Positions 11,901 to 25,118 are shown, counted from the whole stretch's first letter. The stretch is DNA of 59,605 bases, filler included, from Sphacelaria rigidula (GCA_964200075.2; 7 parts of 7 records of this genome joined end to end with filler, not necessarily neighbours in it), one strand, 5' to 3'. Notes: generated from the sequence alone by a model not told the origin. Program-made: numbers and translations.

Positions 11901-14900
11901 CGCACGATTTCCGCTGTCTAGTCGAGGGAGCACGTATGATAGTCCTCCCGCCAATCCCAGACCAAGCGTTGCTTCTGGTATACAGAACATGGACTTCTCC
12001 GTGCAAATCCTGTTGATACCGGCGAGGGTACATGGTACATTTCACGAAATTGGCAAACATTCACCTCTCTTTAGTTGTTTGGTGCTACAGCACTACGATG
12101 CAAGCTGTTCGAGCAATGTGCAAAGCGGGAACAGGTCCCCCGGCTTCACTGTGCACTATCATTCGTAAAGCTTGCCTCACGATAGCAAACGGCCAACGAA
12201 GGGCCACACCCAACAACGAATGCAAAAACGTGAAGGTCCCTTGGCAGCTACCATCGTCATGGATCGACCACCGACACGATAAAACCTCTAATTCTGCAGC
12301 AAAACAGCCCTCCGCCGGGTGTGTATCACGAAAGGTTTCATAAATAAGGAAAGGACGGTTGCACAGCATCGATGACTTTTCACCTGTATCTTCCTGATGC
12401 GAGAGAATGCCCCGCGCTACCATAGGACGGGCCATTGATCACCGAGAGAACCGGTGCTCGGCATGCCCGTATCGTTGACACGAGCCTGCATAGAGCCTCC
12501 AAAGTGTACCTAACCTGCGCATGGAACGTGCCAATAACACAGCAAATAACGAGAAAATGAGTATCAGTTAGAGCAAGGGTACGTGTCGCATTCAGAAGTA
12601 GAGCGGCTTCTCTGAGCAGCTCAGAGAAGGACACAGCAGCGACTTGCTGCGGCAGCTCATGTTTTCGAATTTGTGGAGTGTGTATAGTTCATCCGACACA
12701 CTAGTCGGGAGAGCAAGAGGAGCAGCTTTAATGGTTGTGTGAAAACGAGCCAGCGTATGCAGCACAATGATGCCGCCACTGGAATACAAACAATCACTGA
12801 CACACAAGCAATATACTCGTTAACGAACCCTCAACACCACACCTGTAATGGCCTTCCTCGGATATCCTGCAGGTTTAGCCCGCTGCAGAAGTCGCTGCCG
12901 GGTCCCTGGATCACTGACATCTGGCATGGCAACATTGATGAATCATCATGATCGCGTGGTCAATGGTTCAGCATATGGATGAGGGTTGCACTAGACGCCT
13001 TTGAAAAGAAATTTGGCTTGAGATAACCGGTATTTCGGCACAGCAGGAACGGGTGATTACCTTGGAACTCAAGCAAGGTTAACATTAATTATCTCCATGA
13101 AATCATCTTTTGCCGGTTGATAACGGAATTTTGTGCACATTAGTTGAAATTTGGGAAGGGAAAAATGTTGTACGATCGCAGGCGTTGATTTCCTCGACAC
13201 GGACGTCCCCGTTCGTTTTGTTGTCACGACAGGGTTAGCATGTTCACACTCGGCCTCAACAGTTTACTTTCCAGCGCACACCACACCTGCACCATGAAGT
13301 TCTCGTCCCACATCCGGATGTGCTGGGTGACAGAACGCAAAACTTCGTGGGACACGGTCGTGAGCCCCTGGCGGCGGAGTACGAGGCGACAGAGAAAAAT
13401 AACAGCGATAGCCGACGATCATTCGGAATTCCACTGCTTCGGTTGATTGGATTCTGCAGGTCTGGTTTCAACATCTGATACATAATCCACTGGTAACTCA
13501 CGCGTATAGTGTGAATTCACAAGCCTAAAGTGCCGTTCCGTGGAAATACTTGGCATAAATTCATACCCCTACATCGACTAGGGTACACAACAACCAAATC
13601 AGCACTCTGACTGCTCTCAAGGATCATCCCGCGTTCAAAGCATTAAAAGTATCGAAATGTTGCTATCATCGGGGGTATACCGATATTCGTACTTGAGGAT
13701 TGTTTCACTACGTTTCTTTCAAGACATAACTCTGGTAGTGTGCGCCCATTACCGTTGCGCGAACATGGGTGTCAGCCACAGACTTGTTCGCAGTGTCTTA
13801 TCAAAGCCAACACACGATGTCATGATTTTAGGCAGTACAGCGTATTTTTTAGGTGCAAGCTGGACCCCACGCCCACACCAGACTGAGCAGGACGAGCACA
13901 ACACATGGTCACACACACAAGTAACGCACGTGGAACCGCAGCTGTGAGCTTGAGTCCCTCACAACCCCTGCTGCACACCCAGGAGCTCGTGAAGTTGGGA
14001 AGGGAGGGCGACCTCGGTCGGCTTTCGCGTTTGAACATATAGGAAAGAAATACCTTAGGGTCCAATTTTGCCGTCCTACTGGTGGAAAGAGAAATACGCA
14101 ATTTCGTTTCATCGCCAAAGCGGCCCGATTCCCTGTGACACAACACGGTCGCGGGCATTCAGAGGCTTGAAATACAAGGAAAAATCTCTAAGGGGAATGT
14201 GGTTGCCAAGACACGATCGAGACTTCCTCGAACGCTCAATCCTGCAGAGTGCAGGCAAGTTCATTCCCAACAATCCAGAGTTGACGTTTCTATAGTAGAC
14301 ACTGACATGCGGGTCTCTCGGGGGCTGACAGTCCTGGGGGCTTGTCAGCGGGCGCGGCACACAATTTTTTGGCTCTGCGCAAGCGAACTTTGTCCTGGGC
14401 TGACTCCCTTCCTTGGATCATAAGTCTGCTCTGTGTTCGGTTTTAGACAGCGGTTACGGTTCAGGACTGAAGATAAAAAGTATGTTTCAACTATGGATAT
14501 GAGGGGACGAACTGGGGAGACTTGGTCAGTGCAATCACTTTAGTAGATGGCAATTTTCTATATGGAGACAATGACAACCGTTGGGCATTGAGCGAACGTG
14601 TCTGGAGTACCGCACGGTCAGGACAACCATCTCATTTGCAGGTTCGGTGGGTCTGCAACGCGGGCCGATTGAAGGCGACTCACATTGTGGGCTTTCAGCG
14701 ATAGAATGCGAGATCCCTTGGGGGAGTCGCGGTTGACGATGCGCTGCAGAGGAGAGGAAAGTGTGGCCGAAGAGAGAAGGGCAGCGGCGGAACACAGTCA
14801 ACGATGGAGCACACCCAGAAATGCCAGTGTTGCACCGTACTGCAGCAGATGCTGGTACAGCGTTGTCTGAAACGGTTGTGAAGCAAATACATCATGAGCA

Positions 14901-15259
14901 GCTGGACAACGAGCTGTTCTCTAGAGGACTAAGGCCTCTTTTGCCAAACACGGATTTTGCACAGAACAACGCAAGGCGAAGGAAAGACATAGGGATAGAA
15001 CAGTACACCCAAACCAGTTATGATTGCACTCCAGCCACGACTGCACCACAGAAGGTGACTTGGATCTGTGTCTAAACAGCCAGCAACGGTTGAGGCCAGG
15101 CACGGGTCGAATCACCTTGTCCCGATCTCGGTAGTGCACCGGCATTTGAGTTTTCTTGGGCCAAGGCTTGGGTTCATCGTTGGCAAACGTCGATGAACAT
15201 CGCCTGACAGGTGTAACGCGTGGTCGACACGCCGACAGAGCACGAGAAGTCTTCAGCAT
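8907..15259 (-). CDS. 3-hydroxyisobutyryl-CoA hydrolase-like (crotonase superfamily) protein, ~429 aa, probably mitochondrial; 10 exons
   Basis: Exons (minus): 15259-15116, 14743-14684, 13367-13287, 12920-12843, 12514-12384, 12009-11778, 11543-11337, 11145-11049, 10813-10653, 9005-8907. All introns GT-AG with consistent phases. Motifs collinear with HIBCH: VIQGPGSDFCSGLNL, APVLSVINGPSYGSAG, GRYRICTEKSMFCIPE, LGLCLGLSGMALQGADLL, FTVDSVEE, SPLSLKT, PKWSSSRLEDV. N-terminus is Arg/Ser-rich and acid-free (MLKTSRALSACRPRVTPVRRCSST). Confidence 0.9.
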
Positions 15260-15778
15260 AGCGGAGGGTTGCTGTGTGTGCCGCTGCTATGGGGCCTCCG
15301 CACTATCCTTTTTATGATAACTACATCTACTTTTTTCAGTCCCGCGGTCAAACCTCGTCCATGACGTGTGGGGTATGATCTTGATGATATGTCTCTGTCC
15401 CACAGTTAACAGCTTCAGGAGGTATTCAGGAACGGAATAGAGATCATTCTCATGTGCGTTTGCTGCTGCATACATTGATAACGAACCTCAAAGCTGGATT
15501 TCTTCTAATTTTTTCAACGAAAGAAAGGAAGAGGAGGGATTCTATGGTAGGGCTACACACACACACACTCACACACGATGTTTGTCATCGAGAGGCTCCG
15601 ACAGTGCAGAGCCCCCAAAGAAAATTGTGCACCCCCACCGTAGAAGCACTCAACAAAAACCGCACAATCACGTTACCGACTGAACCTGCCCTACTCGCCG
15701 CCGACTGTTATGCGGTTCTACTGCAGAGTGATACCGCGATAAGCGCTCTCCAAAAAAATGGCTGGTTTGAGGAGGCCG

Positions 15779-16364
15779 AATAACATGGGATTTCACAAAT
15801 TGGGGATGGGTTTTTTATTGAGGATGAGAACCCGGAGAATAAAAATCTTCGTATCCACACCAAATCTTCGAAATATGGCACCATATCTTCACTTGCTTGT
15901 AGCTATTGACAACTACTACTCGCCATACAAATTTGGATTTCGGTAACCGAAATGTTGGGATCCTGAGGGTTTTTTTTTTTTGAGGAATTTCGGCGATCTG
16001 ATCGGATAATATTCTGAATTCCCCCCCCCCCCCAAATGGTTTACCTGAGACCCCAACATGTCGGTTATCAGGATTCAAAATTGTATGGCGTGTAGTGGTT
16101 GTCAATAGCTACCGGTAGGTGAAGGAGTGAAATTATGTTTCTCAGATTTGATGTGGATACGAACATAAAATAGCATGACAAAATTATTAATCAATTAATT
16201 GGTTGGTTGGTTCGTTGGTGAATTTTATTAGTTGGACAAAGGGAAGACATATATATATATAATATATATTTAATCAGGCAAAGGGGAGACAAAAATATTG
16301 TAACTCTCCGGGTTTTCATTCTCAACAAAAAATCCATCCCCAGTTTGTAAAATCCCGTGTTGTT
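15779..16364. repeat. Long imperfect inverted repeat (fold-back/MITE-like), ~190-bp arms; right arm interrupted by an AT-rich insert
   Basis: 15779-15968 is the reverse complement of 16045-16165 plus 16290-16364. Confidence 0.85.
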
Positions 16365-16690
16365 GAATCTTGGTGGAAACCAAAATGACAAAAAGCCGAG
16401 CAAGCCGAGCAGCTGGGAACTCCCACGCTTGGGATCGTTTTCGCCACTGTCGGTCATATATATATGACGGCCTACTATGAAGTCTGAAACCAGCCGTGTT
16501 ATGCGCTGTATGGCCATTTTCTTTGTGACAGTTTTGGGGCTGGTTTGGTTGGGGAGGGGGGGGGCTATCCCGGCATCACTCTGGAGCTGGTTGGGTCCGT
16601 TGTTCTCCCCGCGTTGCCCTCGCCTCTGCTGGGTCTGTCTGCTTCTTCTTGTTGTTGTTTCTGCTCGTCCTTCAGTTTGAACCTCCCCCC

Positions 16691-16761
16691 GCGTGTTGCT
16701 CCGTCTCGCAGAGGATGCGTGGTCAATGGTCAAATGACCAAGGCAAGCCTCAAATTAGTAT
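16691..16761 (+). mobile_element. 5'-truncated copy of the LINE 3' end
   Basis: Close match to 1500-1565; flanked on both sides by CCTCCCCCC (16682-16690, 16762-16770). Confidence 0.8.
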
Positions 16762-17180
16762 CCTCCCCCCTCCCCGCTGCTTTGTATGGCTGCTTTATAT
16801 CATTATTATATCGTCTCTCTGATCACTCATGTTTTCCCTTCCTCCGTCTTTGGTCATCTCTGCAACAATATTTGGATGTTTCTTGGTCGAAAATAGATTT
16901 TGTGTAACAGTAGATAACAGTGTTTTCGTGAGATTGAGAGTAGATGATACGATTGAGAGTNNNNNNNNNNNNNNNNNNNNNNNNNNNNNNNNNNNNNNNN
17001 NNNNTTAATTAATTAANNNNNNNNNNNNNNNNNNNNNNNNNNNNNNNNNNNNNNNNNNNNCCCCGTCCCCCGCCCTCTCAGTCCTAGGATGATTCTCGAT
17101 CCATTTGTTTTTGCGCGCCTTGAGCTCTTCGTGTCTCGCGTGATTTCCGCATACGTGGTCGCTCGTGTGGCGCTGGGGAG

Positions 17181-20100
17181 GAAGGAGGATATGCGCGAGC
17201 AGGAGCGCAGAGATACCGAGAAACGCGGCAGAATCAGGATGTGGGCAGAGCGACGGTTCCAGCTGAAAAGGGTCAGTTTTGCAGCATTAGCAATAAAGCC
17301 TGGTTTCACGTAAGCACACTCCTTGTTATGTCTCTGCTGACTGCACGGGAATTGATCGTCAACGCCTCCTGTGGATATCCCATGCCTATACCTCCGATAT
17401 GTAGCCTGACCTAGCACCATAAAATTCTCACGGGGGCAACGGGTAAACAGCGCACGAAACGGCGCGGTTAGAGATCTTCCAAAAACCTATTTACCACGCA
17501 GACCTTGGGTGCGTTTTTTAGCGAACACTTGTCGCTTTATTCTAAAGCCACGTTTTCTCGGCCATGCTGTTGGCTGCGGTTAGGTTCCGAGATTCTCTGC
17601 CGTGACAGTATGCGTCCGTCGGTGTTTTTTGTCCTGTGCGTGGGAAATGACAGGGGGATAGTGAAATGCGCACCAATTTTCGGCGATGTTTTCGACAGAC
17701 GTCCAACCGTATGCACCAACTCGACCACGATTACGAAGTACGTGGACATTTTATGTGTTCGCTACAACCTAGTGCTAAAGCGTGGGTCAACAAGAGAGCG
17801 CAGTGATCGATTGGTTGATAGATTGATTGATTTTCGCATAATACATGATCTCCTAGGAGTCGTTATCCAGCCGTGATCGGTGGTCATTATCCACAAGACA
17901 GACGTGCTGTACCGAAGTGAACGGAAATAGTGGCAAAGTAAACCTCGAGAAGGGAGAATATAAAAACGAAAGAAGGATGAAGCAGACTGGGTAAAGAACG
18001 CAAAAACGAGGGAGAAACAGCAGAGAAAAAAATGTGAAAAAGAAAGGAAAGGAAAGGAAAGGAAAGGAAAGGAAAGGGAAGGAGAGGAGAGGAGAAGAGA
18101 GGAGAATGAGGACACGAACGATCAATGCCGATGAAAGAAAACGAAGAAATGGTACCAAATACAAGGGGACAATAAACAATGGACAGGAAAAATGACCAGC
18201 TCGTGCAGCATGGCTTGAGGTACAGAAGGCCATGCGATAACAAAAATAATAAAGAGGATAACGAAGGATGCCGTTGAAGCGGTTTGAAAACCGCACTATA
18301 CTATTTGGGTCCACGAAGTGTCACCCACAGGTTCTACAGGAGCGTGACACAAAAATCACCACCACCGTGTCAAACTAAGCCCCAAACCAAAAAACCGAAA
18401 AACAAGAGCAATCTAAACAGCCAGAGCAAAACAAGATATACACAGGAAGAGACAGGGCGGATACCAAGAAAAAAGAGAAGGAAAAGGGAGGAGAGGGGAC
18501 TCACTGACGAAGTGAAATGTGTGAAAGGAACACAGCTATATATAGGGAACATCGCGAAGGTTGCCCGCCATTGGAATACGTCGATAACGATAATTCATTC
18601 TGTGTTGTCCCCGCCTCTCCCACTCAACCTCAATCGGGCACGACGTGGGCTTCTCTCGCGACCATATCCATCCTGAATTCCTCGCGAGCTGTTGCTGTCG
18701 AAGCCGACAGGTGTTAGCAGTGCCGGTCCTCCTGTCGCCGGTTTATACGCATGCTATAATGAAGCAGCGGACATAGATATAATACACACTGTGCGTAAAA
18801 CACACAAATGAAGAGCGGCATAACCTTATGTATGTAAACAGGGCCTTCCCGATGGTGAACAACAGCACCCGAGGCGTTTCAAGAGCAACAACGACGGCAA
18901 CACCTGCACATACAGATCCGCCACTGCTTCCGCAACAGCTTCAGACGCACCGATGTCTGCCGCTTGCAGTGCTGCCGCCGCCGCTGCTGCCGCTGCTGCT
19001 CCTATGGCGGCGACAAAGCGCGTGCCACAAGAGGGGAACATTGATGAAGGTCTTTCCGTGAAGGAAGATGGAGGGGGAGTCGCGGGCAGCGGACTAAACG
19101 CCATCCGCAACGCGCTTCGATCACGCGGGAGCAATAGCTGCGGGCGAGGTCACGGTGAGGCAAACGAGGGACAGACGGTATCGCCATCCGAGACCGGCTT
19201 CGATCAGAAATCAAGAAACAACGGAAGTGACGAACAGCAGAACACCACCTCCACGGGAGGGGATGATGGGGCTTCGTTTCCCGACAACAGCCGAAGGAAC
19301 AATTTACCATATCGCCAACCTGCTGCTGGTACTGCCGCTGCTATTGCGGAAAAAGAAGCGTTGTCCCAGAAAGAAGTGAAACGAAGGCGGGTTTTAGAAG
19401 AAACCCTTGCAAGGGAAAGGGTCCAAAAGTACCTGGATAGCCTCAAGAGCAAGCACAAGGCCAAGGAAGAGCAGGTGACCCCAGGACACCTCTGGGTGTA
19501 GAAGGATGTGGGTGCTATTTACTTTTTGCTGGAACCAGAGAACAAGAACAAATGCTCTGGCTGAGAGTATAGCTCAAGTTTTCCGTATATTTTACCTACA
19601 TGTTTATGAGAAGTAAGCAAAAAAAGGGACCACAACCTCAATGCTGTTGCTGTATACCCGTCACCCAGGTGACGTGTGTTTAGTGCATGGAACGACGGCC
19701 GTCATGATTAAGCGACACAGATGGATATCGATGTCGGCCGGTGAAGACTCGTAGCACAGGGCTCAGAGGTGGTACTGAACGTATGGGGTTCGCCGACTCT
19801 TCCCCTCGGCGTCGAGAAGGCTCGACCCATTAGAGAAAAGATAAACCCCCTTGCGGCGTGAATCGTATCTTGCCAACTTCCCCTTCCCGCAAGAATCCTC
19901 ATGCAACTCGTCTCGGAGTACGACGGCATAACATTGGATACGATAGGGGACATTCGGCTCTTCTATGCATCATTTTTTGGATACACTGTACATGCCCCGC
20001 GCGGTACAAACTCGCCGGTGAAGCAAGGGGTTCGATACTTTCCCCGCTTGGAAGCGCAACTTGACGTAGGCACGAGAGGGGGGCTCCCTGCAGCGCAGCA

Positions 20101-23100
20101 GTCTCGTGGGGGTGATTTTTTTTTTAACATGGTGAACAATAGGGCGGTAATCTGAAGAATATTATACGGGGACGTTTTTTTCCCCATATTTGTGAAAGAC
20201 AACTCCTTGCAGTGAAACGCCAGATATTGATGTCACACATGTATGAGGAAAGTAGCGCATGCAGGTACGGAGTATGAACGGTCCGAAAGGATCAGAATAC
20301 TAGGACCCTGTAAGGCCAACGGCGCTAGACATCTCGGGGTTATGTCCGTAAGAACCCGACATTACGGTGGCCGAACATCCCCCGAGGAAAAGGGTCCACC
20401 TCACCGTGGATCACTTCTATAGTCTGACCCCCTTCTTGACTACATAACACAAGAGGAAATCATCGCCAGCCTCGGAGTTCCTTCGGCATCAGGCCGACAT
20501 CTCCAACGACAGTCTTACCCGTACGTCTCTCTCTACCCTAACGATACGCCTTCCTCATATTTGGAGACACCAAGGAGATAGCTCGCAGACAGAAGATCCC
20601 GGGTTAAAATCCCGATTTCCCACCAAAATGGTGAGAACCAAAATCATGGTGGATACCCTCTGAAGCAGAGTTCCAAACTCACGCAAACCCTCCTGCGGCG
20701 GTTGTTGGTTGAGCGACCCAACACACCTAAAATATATGTGATTTAAAAGGCAAGATTCCAATCGCTAGCCGGCGTAACAGGTCACTCCTGCAAAACCTCC
20801 GAGAGGTTCATGAAACGGGGGCGTGATGTGGGAACTACCACGTAGAAGGGACATATTCCCACAAGTGTCTCTGGAGGAATCACCTTTTCACATATTAGAG
20901 AGTTTCGGAAAACGTTTTTTGGTCATTTTAGGGTGAAAATATCTCAGGATCAGAGTGTAACTAAAATTATCTTCCCCTCCGTCAAATGTGGTATCCCCTT
21001 ATTTTTTTCTCGATGAGGTGTTTTCTTATTTTCAAATTATTTTCATTCTGATCCTGAGATATTTGCACTCTGAAATGGCAAAAAAAAGTTTTTTCCAAAA
21101 GTTTTTTTTTTTTGTATTACTGATGTTCCGAATGGTGTCGTTTTATTTCCTCCACGGTTCCCGGTGTCATGGGATCAGGAGCAAGCCGCGAAGAAGAGAC
21201 AAGCTCGACGCATGCGGCTGTTGAGAGCGAAGGTGTTGCTCATGGCCAAGCAGATAAGGGACAACAGCAAGGCCGATGCTCAGCAACGACGAGGGGAAAA
21301 CATCGGAAGCGGCGGTGCCAGTGGCGGTGGCGGCGGCGACTGGAGTGAGGTCAGCGATGGCGCGGTTGCGATCGGTCGAATTGAGCTTTGGCATTACAGT
21401 AGAAGTGGAGAATGACACACTCAATGGACGAATTAATTGCTGCAGATTTTGTTTTTTCGCAGTTTTTGTATTTTTTAGTGTTTTGTGGACGGGTGGACTG
21501 TGCTTGCCCTTCTTCTTCACGATGAAACTTCGAACGTAGGTCCATTTATCAACATTGTTGAACCTATCTATGGTGTGTGCCTCGAACAGTGAGGAACACC
21601 GAGAAAGGACTGCAGATGTATTTTAGTTTCAAAACAATGGGTAGAACCTTTGAAGACGACGCCGTGTGTGGATCTCCAGAGGTTTCCTTTCCAGTGTGAC
21701 GGCTACTTTCTCTGTGTTGTGGTTTCGCCCATTCAGGGTCGTTATTAACGGGGCTGTTTTTTTTTCAGACTTCTCCGTCTTCTTCAGGAAGAAATAAAAC
21801 TTCTTTCCCCAACGATGTGACAGCAGATTTCTCAACCAAGTCAAGGAATATAACAATTTAGAGTGACCACGTATTTCTCGAAAAATATAGGTTGCGTTTT
21901 AACCTGCTTAGGGTCGTTACTAATGGAGCTATTTTGCTCGGGCTTTTCCACCTTTTTCAGGAAAAAAAGGAAACTCCTCCCTTAACTAGGTGACAGCAGA
22001 GTTCTCAACCAAATCAAGGAAAATAACAATTTTAGACTGGCTAAAAATTCCACTTTTCAAAGGGTCGGACTTTTTCCCGAAAAAATCGAAAAATACACAT
22101 GACGACGCTTAACACGGCTTGGACACTCGAGGAGAAAGGAGTCAACGGCGCAAGGAGTCTCTTCTCAAATAAAGGAAAAGAGGTGCTGCAGCAGTGAGGC
22201 ACGGACAAAATGAGGGCGACAAAATCAGCATGGTGTTGGCAACATCATACACACCACGGAACCTCTTCCCCGCCAAATGGGTTGGTGATTGCTATGAATG
22301 CTCATCGTGAAGTCAACATTATTATTATGATTATTATTATTGTGTTCGTCACATTAGCTCGATCTCTTGAACCCGTAGTCACCGCTATTCACAGGAAAAC
22401 ACCGAAACACAACACCTGTTTTTGAGCAAACCTTCATATAACGACGCCTGCGTAGAATCTATGAGCTAACAGCACACTCGGGAGTACAAGCGATTTTCAT
22501 TTGATGATCTTGTCATGTGTGGTCATGAATGTCAGTGCGGGAGTAAAAACGGCATGCACATCCTGGTGCTGGATTCGAAATGTGTCAGTCCAAATGAACA
22601 TCGTACATCCTCAGGCACAAACGACAGCAGCGGTTTTGATATCTTGAAAAGATATGTCATCGGTTATGTAGGACAGTCGTATTGATGGGCATTAGAACAG
22701 CAGACCACCAAGAAGTAGTGTGGCCTACATACATGAGAAAGCGTCGGGTCTGCGGTTTTATGGTGTGTCATGGCTTCCACGTCAGGTGTTGCGCGTATCT
22801 ACGATGGCTCCTCTCCGCTTGACGCGGGATTTTTCCAAATTTATGATGGATTTTCCGTCGAGGATGAACCGTGGAAACCGTAACAAGCTTTAGAATATTC
22901 TCGCAAACAAAATGCAAATGCACTCTCCGGCCGTGATGTGTTGTTGTCGTCCCATTTATTCTGGACGCCGGGCTACACCTTTCGGTATATGTGGGCGCAC
23001 CAGCCGGGGTCACACAGGAGGAAGGTCAACACAGCAGTTTTTTTCTTTTTTGTTTGTTTTTAGTACCCCAGCTTCTTTCTGCGGTGCTTGCCTTTTTATT

Positions 23101-24398
23101 TTTCATGGCGAGAGGGGTCCAGCAATCCCTTTCCCACGTCGACCACTGAGTCGAATTTTGTGTCCCCGAGACATAGTCGCTCTCCACTGTTGGGCAAGGT
23201 GTGAGAAAAAATCCAAGATCGCTCCGAGATTTGAACCCACGACCCAAGCGTCAGAAGATTTCGAGGTTACCAACTGAGCCACCGGGGCGACCGGTGTGGC
23301 CTCGCTGATCGCCGAAAACAAGTCCATTCAATTTGCAAAAATCTCGTGCTATCAAGGGACTCGGACAAATAAGAACAGTCTTGTTCAACGGAAATGAACG
23401 GAAGTAGAAATTGGTTGGTATAGACACGGGATTCTCAAAATTGCGGATGAAGTCTTTTGAGGATGAGCGAGGACACACATCAAGGCTGGAGAGTACATCC
23501 GCATTTAAATTTCGAAAAAAATTCGATGCTTATGAAGGTTCTCAAGGTGCATCTTCAAACAAACTTCATCGCAATGAGTAACATTTCGAGTTGCTTCCTG
23601 TGCAAGCACTCTCTTCTTTGGATCTGTTGGGAGAATCTGTGAATTAGACAGGGAATTTATCATCAAATACCGTATGAATTTCTTGTCCGAACACGAACTT
23701 GAGGACATATCGCGAGAGTTTTTTGTTTAATTCTTCCTGCGTACCTGTTATTGTACGTGCGGCGAACTAAGCGTCCAGCTACCCCATGTCCAGTAGTTGC
23801 GGACAGAATATGCACTACTCTCTCTACTACAAGGTTTTCCGGCACTTTTTGATTTGTACCATCAGACACTCACCTAGCGGATGCCGCATCCAACCCTAAG
23901 TGTATTTTTATGAAGTCTTGCATAGTTTATATCTTTAGTTTGAAACTTGTTTGAAGGTTTTGTTCATTTCATATTAAGGAGAGATGGGTTGATCCCTTGA
24001 GACCACGGACTGGTCGCGGGGAAGGGCAGGGGTTCAACGTGCGACAAATAACACAGATAATGGAAACAAATGATGGAAAATAAACGAATGAAAATAAAAC
24101 AATGAAAATAAAATAATGAAAATACGAGGTGACGAAACAAGCTGTCCCGGGGGTGTCTGCATTATCACTACCTAAACTTGAAACACCACGGATTCGTATT
24201 GTAAACATGATATTCCCCGCCGTTTTTTGCCCCCCCCCCCCCTAGGACGAGGGCACGAAGCCAAAACTGACAGGCGAAGAGCTTCAAGCGAGCGTGGAGC
24301 GATTGACCCAGCAGCCCAAAGGCGGTTCTCATGTGCCCGCCAACGCCCGTGACTTCAACGACTGGAAAAAGAAGCACGGGGTTCCCAGCGACAAGAAG
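17181..24398 (+). CDS. Partial multi-exon gene, low-complexity/coiled-coil region; last exon resembles the segment upstream of the catalytic domain of TTLL3-like tubulin glycylases (tentative)
   Basis: Exons ~17181-17271 (start uncertain), 18842-19474, 21179-21349, 24246-24398. All joins phase 0 with GT-AG. Peptides include EVKRRRVLEETLARERVQKYLDSLKSKHKAKEEQ|EQAAKKRQARRMRLLRAK and ARDFNDWKKKHGVPSDKK. The TTLL call is from recalled motif similarity only. Confidence 0.7.
18041..18104 (+). repeat. (GAAAG)n/(GGAGA)n microsatellite
   Basis: Pentanucleotide run seen directly. Confidence 0.9.
20903..21100. repeat. Intronic inverted repeat / MITE-like element, ~55-bp arms
   Basis: TTTTTTGGTCATTTTAGGGTGAAAATATCTCAGGATCAGAGTG pairs with CATTCTGATCCTGAGATATTTGCACTCTGAAATGGCAAAAAAA. 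Confidence 0.8.
21730..22042 (+). repeat. Diverged tandem duplication, ~175-bp period, 2 copies
   Basis: AGGGTCGTTA...GTGACAGCAGA.TTCTCAACCAA.TCAAGGAA.ATAACAATTT occurs at ~21734-21860 and ~21910-22035. Confidence 0.8.
22936..23295 (-). mobile_element. Full-length tRNA-derived SINE (family 1)
   Basis: Minus-strand head ACCGGTCGCCCCGGTGGCTCAGTTGGTAACC...GGTTCAAATCTC (A and B boxes), ~360-bp body, CAA tail. Homologous copies at 32892-33255, 44449-44700, 42478-42547, 8531-8716. Confidence 0.88.
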
Positions 24399-25118
24399 GT
24401 GACGCGTCAGTGGTGTCCTGCGGCGTTACTTTTTTTAAGAGAACATTTTAGACCACTCGTTTTCATCTCCAAGGTACAGCACAGCAACAGCCCTTGCAAA
24501 TGAATCAAGTGGTGCTTGCCACCGGACTAATTAACGTCCACACTTCGGTTGTTGTGGACGAGATTGGCGTGTTGCACCGAGGCTGTCCCCTGGATACTCT
24601 GCGTAGTTGTAAGAGGATTATGCACGTCCCATACTTGGTGGCAGGGAGGGGGAGATGAGGGGAGAGGAGGAACGTGGGCAGGGCATGAGATGCTCTTTGC
24701 GTTTTCTGGGGCGTATGCTTGTGAGACGATGAAGGTCAAAAATGTGTTTGGACAAGAGCTCCATTCGTTGTCAAATCTCCCTGCGAGGCGGAGCGCTGCC
24801 GCCGCCGATTGCGTTCTTCGACGACGAGTAATGAGGCATCGATTACGCGATTGGTTTCGCCCTCGTGTGCTCCCTTTGAGTTTCGGAGCGATTGCATGGC
24901 CACTTACAACAAACAACATCAACAGCGAACGATACGGCGCTACGCACGTCATGTCCCTTGCAGCTTCTCATCTTTCCCTGCCTCCCCTTCGCGATGAATG
25001 CTCACCTTCCTCTCGACAGCGAGACAGCAGCCTACCCGAGACAAAAAAACAAAGCGGCCGCTAGTCTCGAGGCCACGTTCACATCCATTGTGTATAACCC
25101 CCCCTCCCCGCCATATGA

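Noticed and set aside
14054-14132. Possible extra HIBCH-like exon (ESGRFGDETKLRISLSTSRTAKLDPK)
   Set aside because: Phase is incompatible with neighbouring exons; 14743-14684 joins 13367 directly and fits the family better.
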